64,000 nucleotides of DNA from positions 15,571 through 79,570 of the IMG/VR virus record IMGVR_UViG_3300006925_000010, one strand, 5' to 3'. The position numbers were made by a program, and so were the translations under genes. This stretch comes from a virus. The stretch's first letter is position 1, and each line of letters starts with the position of its first letter. A model generated the notes under the pieces. It made no database searches, was not told where the DNA came from, and saw nothing but the letters and a program-made list of their open reading frames with translations. Of the stretch, positions 60,539-64,000 are shown piece by piece.

Positions 60539-61101
60539 GCATAGCACACCAAGGACACGTTACACCTGTGTGGACAGACGAGCATAAGCATTTTGATTAC
60601 ACCAAGCAACCAATCAAACCCTCAGAGATAGAAGTTTGGAAAAGCAAAGGTTACTATCATGCAAGTTTCTCAGGCGGAATGTACGACAGCAGAAATCCTA
60701 TGCCGGACTGGGTAGACTATGTAGCAACCAAGATAGGATTATCAAACTGTGGCTATGTGTTTTACAAAATGGAAACACTAGACATAATGCCCACACATAT
60801 AGATCACTTTGAAACATACGAACGTGTATTTGGTGTTGCCAGAGATAACACATACAGAGCATTGGTGTTCTTAGAAGATTGGAAACCAGGACACTATTTA
60901 GAATTTAACGGCGAAGCAGTAACAAACTGGTCAGCAGGAGACTATGCACTATGGGAGGCTGACATACCTCATGCCGCATCAAACATAGGCGTTGCTGATC
61001 GTTACACATTACAAATCACAGGAGAACTTGACCCAGCAGTCAAGTATAACATAACACACAACACAAACATCCGTTTATACCCAGACTGTGATGTTGACTA
61101 G
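60535..61101 (+). CDS. 2OG-Fe(II) oxygenase-like protein
   Basis: AGGAG RBS and ATGA overlap; PTHID (HxD) ... PHAASNIG..RYTLQITG (distal His and Arg). Confidence 0.75.
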   Translation: MSIAHQGHVTPVWTDEHKHFDYTKQPIKPSEIEVWKSKGYYHASFSGGMYDSRNPMPDWVDYVATKIGLSNCGYVFYKMETLDIMPTHIDHFETYERVFGVARDNTYRALVFLEDWKPGHYLEFNGEAVTNWSAGDYALWEADIPHAASNIGVADRYTLQITGELDPAVKYNITHNTNIRLYPDCDVD

Positions 61102-61109
61102 GAGATAAC

Positions 61110-61304
61110 ATGGCTAAGAAGAAACAAGCAGATATCAGTGACGTTGGTGGTATCAGAGAATCATGGAAGCCCAGCGAAGGCGTTAATTGGGATATCATAC
61201 AACGCATGAGATTTATGAATGCTGATGCCGAGATAGCACCCGACGATTCATTTACTGCCACAGCTCGAGAGCACAACGAACAAGACACATTTACTCGTGA
61301 GTAA
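61110..61304 (+). CDS. Hypothetical protein (64 aa)
   Basis: AGGAG RBS; fills the gap between neighbours. Confidence 0.65.
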   Translation: MAKKKQADISDVGGIRESWKPSEGVNWDIIQRMRFMNADAEIAPDDSFTATAREHNEQDTFTRE

Positions 61305-62013
61305 GTGTTTGATAGCAGGCTGTTCTCATAGTGCAGGCTTTGAGATAGACGGCACAGAAGATAGTGCATACAACCGTAGCAAGTGTTTTGGTGCTGTGCT
61401 GTCAGGTATGTTGCAGTTAACACCACACAACATTTCACTAGGAGCACAATCAAATAGTGCTATAGCACGTTCAGTGATAGACTACTGTGAATCAAACTCA
61501 GACGTTGAGTTCGTAGTAGTGGGTTGGACAGAGATGACTCGTATTGATTTACCCTCAGGACACGACGTTGATCACGATGGTTCTAACCCTGCTGTGGATA
61601 CTTTTACCCAAATAAACAAACGTTGGCTACAGATAAACTCCGGATGGGAAGGCTTTACACCATATGAAAAGTCAATTATGCCTTACTGGCACGAGTTTAT
61701 GTACAACAAAACAGACATTCTAGACCTCATCACTGTGAAAGAAATGCTGTTAACACAACAATATCTACAAAGCCGAGGCATAGACTATGTGTTTGCCAAC
61801 ACCATGTTGCCTTATAATCCTTCTAGATATACTGATTGGTACTGGAAACTCATAGATGACAGCAAGTGTATGTGGGACGCAGAAGGCTTCTTTTTCAAGT
61901 ACAAAGAACTAGGATATGAAAATCCCAAAGCACAATACTGGCATCATGACGAATTACCTCATCGCCTGTATGCAGAAGAGCTGTATAATCATATAGCAGA
62001 AAGAAACACATAG
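61297..62013 (+). CDS. SGNH/GDSL-like protein
   Basis: AGCSHSAG, NISLGAQSN, VVVGWT...R, C-terminal YWHH...H. Confidence 0.65.
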   Translation: MSKCLIAGCSHSAGFEIDGTEDSAYNRSKCFGAVLSGMLQLTPHNISLGAQSNSAIARSVIDYCESNSDVEFVVVGWTEMTRIDLPSGHDVDHDGSNPAVDTFTQINKRWLQINSGWEGFTPYEKSIMPYWHEFMYNKTDILDLITVKEMLLTQQYLQSRGIDYVFANTMLPYNPSRYTDWYWKLIDDSKCMWDAEGFFFKYKELGYENPKAQYWHHDELPHRLYAEELYNHIAERNT

Positions 62014-62023
62014 AGGAATCTCA

Positions 62024-62233
62024 ATGAAGTATATCGATTATCACTTCGATATATCAGCACAAGGCATAGTGTTCACAGACACAGATGCAGATGTGTTAAA
62101 GTCAGAATTCATCACGCCAGGTGTTACATTTGTAGCAGAACAACTAGAAGATGGCAGAATATTCTTGCGTATTGTAAACCCTGACACACTGGACTACCAC
62201 CTAGGCGATATCAACACATACGACTTAATATAA
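62024..62233 (+). CDS. Hypothetical protein (69 aa)
   Basis: GAGGA RBS; last + strand gene. Confidence 0.65.
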   Translation: MKYIDYHFDISAQGIVFTDTDADVLKSEFITPGVTFVAEQLEDGRIFLRIVNPDTLDYHLGDINTYDLI

Positions 62234-62441
62234 GCGTCTCTAAGCAACGTTCTCACACAACTGGATATAATACCGCATACAAACAAAACAACACTTAAAT
62301 CGGCGTTAAACTGATGTATAAACACACCATATAACGGCCAAGGAGGAGATATACCACCCCATGGAAAACCGGTAAAACGCAATTTTTTTACCACCGGTTG
62401 GCCAGTAACTGTGATCAGAGTTGATCTAGTAGAGTTCTCGA

Positions 62442-62740
62442 AGTGTGTAGTAGAGTTCGTCTAGTGTGTAGTTAAGTGATGTGTTAATACTCGTATATGA
62501 TAATCTAGTGTGTAGTGCAGTTGTGCGTGATATATTCTCTATGATGTGCGTAGTGTGTAGTAAGGTGTTAGGAGATACATCTAGTATACACTTATATGTA
62601 CTAAAAAGTGTTATGTGTACGCATTTATATGCACCTAGTGTGAATAACGGTGTTTGCCTAACCGTAAGCACACTTGCGTAGTGATAGGCGAAGAGAACGG
62701 TGTAGAGTTGCGTAGTGTGTGCAGAGTTTATATAGTGTAG
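62442..62740. repeat. Dispersed AGTGTGTAGT / TAGTGTG short repeats in a GT-rich non-coding block
   Basis: Exact AGTGTGTAGT at 62442, 62463, 62507 and 62552; degenerate copies continue to about 62740. Confidence 0.75.
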
Positions 62741-62867
62741 GAGAAAAAAACCGGTCTATAGAGAATGACAAAAAATTGTACGCAAATTTCAAGCGGTTTT
62801 TCAAATTTCGCCATTTTCCCTATATATACCACCCACCCCCCTGGCAATCCAAAATTATATTTTTTCC

Positions 62868-62895
62868 AAAAAAAAGCACACAATAAAGTGTGCTT
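62868..62895 (-). terminator. Intrinsic terminator for the - strand genes
   Basis: A8 run overlapping AAGCACAC-AATAAA-GTGTGCTT, 17 nt beyond the 62913 stop. Confidence 0.85.
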
Positions 62896-62912
62896 AGTGT
62901 TATTGCTATGTG

Positions 62913-63416
62913 TTACGCAGTAACTTGAGAGCGTAGTGTAGCAAGTTGCTTTTCCAACTGTGCTATTTGCTGAGGTAATGCTAAGCCTTGCTCCTCAGTT
63001 AAGTGTGCATAGTCCCATGCTATGTTGCTATCCTCTTTGTCATTGTGTGTATAGTTAGCAACAGCATTGTATACTGTGCTACTAACTTCCTCACGCACAA
63101 CAGTATCCGCACATATATCCTCAATGCTGTCATACGCATCCTGCACACTATATTGCAAATTGTTTACTACACTATTGCCTATGCTGTATGCACAATCATA
63201 GTAGTGTTGCGCCATATCCATGCTATCCTCAATGCCATACATGCTAAAGTCCCCGCCCTCAACAATAGTAAACTCCCCACTGTAGTGTGTAGGCGCAGTA
63301 CTACAGTACAAGTCCCATGCTATGCTTGCCAAGTGTAGTGCAGTAAACTTTGCACTTACTGTGATAGTAGGCGTACTAGTTAGCATTGTGTTAATAGTTT
63401 GTGTTGCTTTTTCCAT
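62913..63416 (-). CDS. Hypothetical early-type protein (about 167 aa), acidic with C-terminal coiled coil
   Basis: ATG at 63416 preceded by GGGAG RBS and its own promoter; terminator downstream. Confidence 0.75.
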   Translation of the reverse strand: MEKATQTINTMLTSTPTITVSAKFTALHLASIAWDLYCSTAPTHYSGEFTIVEGGDFSMYGIEDSMDMAQHYYDCAYSIGNSVVNNLQYSVQDAYDSIEDICADTVVREEVSSTVYNAVANYTHNDKEDSNIAWDYAHLTEEQGLALPQQIAQLEKQLATLRSQVTA

Positions 63417-63453
63417 ATTTGTTACTCCCATAACTTATTTTTAATATACAAGT

Positions 63454-63481
63454 ATTGTACAATAATTACACAGTTTGTCAA
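63454..63481 (-). promoter_or_regulatory. sigma70-like early promoter TTGACA-N16-TACAAT
   Basis: Reverse complement of 63476-63481 and 63454-63459. Confidence 0.65.
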
Positions 63482-63483
63482 GT

Positions 63484-63822
63484 TTATACTGTGTGCGGTG
63501 TCATTAGGCCAATGTGTACCAAATGCTCAAGGGCATCACGCCAACCGTCACTGCCACTGCTACCCATTTCCGTGTTGTTGCATACTGTGTCATAGTCCCA
63601 TAACACAGTTTCATATTTGAGATAATCACTTAGTAGCCATGCATATATGCCAGCATTGTCATAGTTGTCTTGAGGGTAACCATTGCCGTCTTCCATTATT
63701 TCCGTCCAAGGATCATAATCGTCGCCATGTTTAGCCATCACAGCCTCAACTATTTCCTCAGTTTCAGCCGCCGCCTCAAGTTCGCTTTGTATAAGTTCGA
63801 TTAGTGTTTTTGCTATATCCAT
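63484..63822 (-). CDS. Hypothetical early-type acidic protein (about 112 aa)
   Basis: ATG at 63822 (MDIAKTL...) preceded by the same GGGAG leader as the 63416 gene. Confidence 0.75.
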   Translation of the reverse strand: MDIAKTLIELIQSELEAAAETEEIVEAVMAKHGDDYDPWTEIMEDGNGYPQDNYDNAGIYAWLLSDYLKYETVLWDYDTVCNNTEMGSSGSDGWRDALEHLVHIGLMTPHTV

Positions 63823-63855
63823 ATGTTTGTTACTCCCATAACTTAATTTATACAT

Positions 63856-63885
63856 ATAGTATAACGAAAAACGCACCATTGTCAA
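63856..63885 (-). promoter_or_regulatory. sigma70-like early promoter TTGACA-N16-TATACT (or N18-TACTAT)
   Basis: Reverse complement of 63880-63885 and 63856-63863. Confidence 0.65.
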
Positions 63886-64000
63886 TCCAATAGTGCGTAA
63901 TATGTGCGTAAACTTTTACGTTTTATGCTAGTGTGTTAACGTTTTGTCAAGTGTAACAAAAAAGAACATGTCGTCAGTGCCATCTAATATGCCCACTAAA

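Larger units (their letters stand above)
63418..63845 (-). repeat. Identical 20-bp leader repeat TAAGTTATGGGAGTAACAAA at 63418-63437 and 63826-63845
   Basis: Exact direct repeat containing the RBS of both - strand genes. Confidence 0.9.

Noticed and set aside
82-61453. Many short - strand and alternate-frame ORFs in the track
   Set aside because: They lie inside long, motif-bearing + strand genes, lack RBS or promoter context and read as antisense shadows.
62340-62363. Expression-vector contamination (resembles the T7-style AAGGAGATATACC RBS)
   Set aside because: The match is short and imperfect, with no T7 promoter, lac operator or other vector sequence nearby.
62400-62760. CRISPR mini-array
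   Set aside because: Repeats are only about 10 bp, irregularly spaced and embedded in similar low-complexity sequence; no cas genes are present.
62234-62912. tRNA or other known structured RNA gene
   Set aside because: No cloverleaf or T-loop/D-loop motifs were recognised.
1-64000. Stop-codon reassignment, as seen in some large phages
   Set aside because: Genes up to 21 kb are intact in code 11, and TAG and TGA end genes at sensible boundaries (e.g. 36625, 61101, 60538).

Overview
AT-rich (roughly 35% GC by eye) segment of a large tailed dsDNA phage, most like the large T4-related/jumbo myophages known from aquatic metagenomes. It uses the standard genetic code. (1) 1-37.6 kb is a + strand virion module: a gp6-like baseplate wedge (5'-truncated), an 815 aa and a giant 7162 aa structural protein that share a duplicated module across their gene boundary, two paralogous tail fibres with different C-terminal chaperones, an adhesin-like protein and smaller tail proteins. 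(2) A DUF805 membrane-protein gene sits between two near-identical terminator + late-promoter cassettes. (3) 38.2-62.2 kb is a tightly coupled, late-promoter-driven enzyme cluster: about six glycosyltransferase-like proteins, a UDP-sugar dehydrogenase, a degenerate NeuB, five tandem radical SAM enzymes, a B12-binding radical SAM enzyme, three SGNH-like proteins, an amidinotransferase and a 2OG-Fe(II) oxygenase. This is the best candidate for an undescribed system, most plausibly a phage-encoded pathway that builds and tailors an unusual glycan on the virion. (4) About 630 bp of non-coding, strand-skewed repetitive DNA lies where late (+) and early-type (-) transcription converge. It is followed by two small - strand genes with identical 20-bp leaders and sigma70-like promoters. 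All family calls come from motif recognition by eye; no searches were run.
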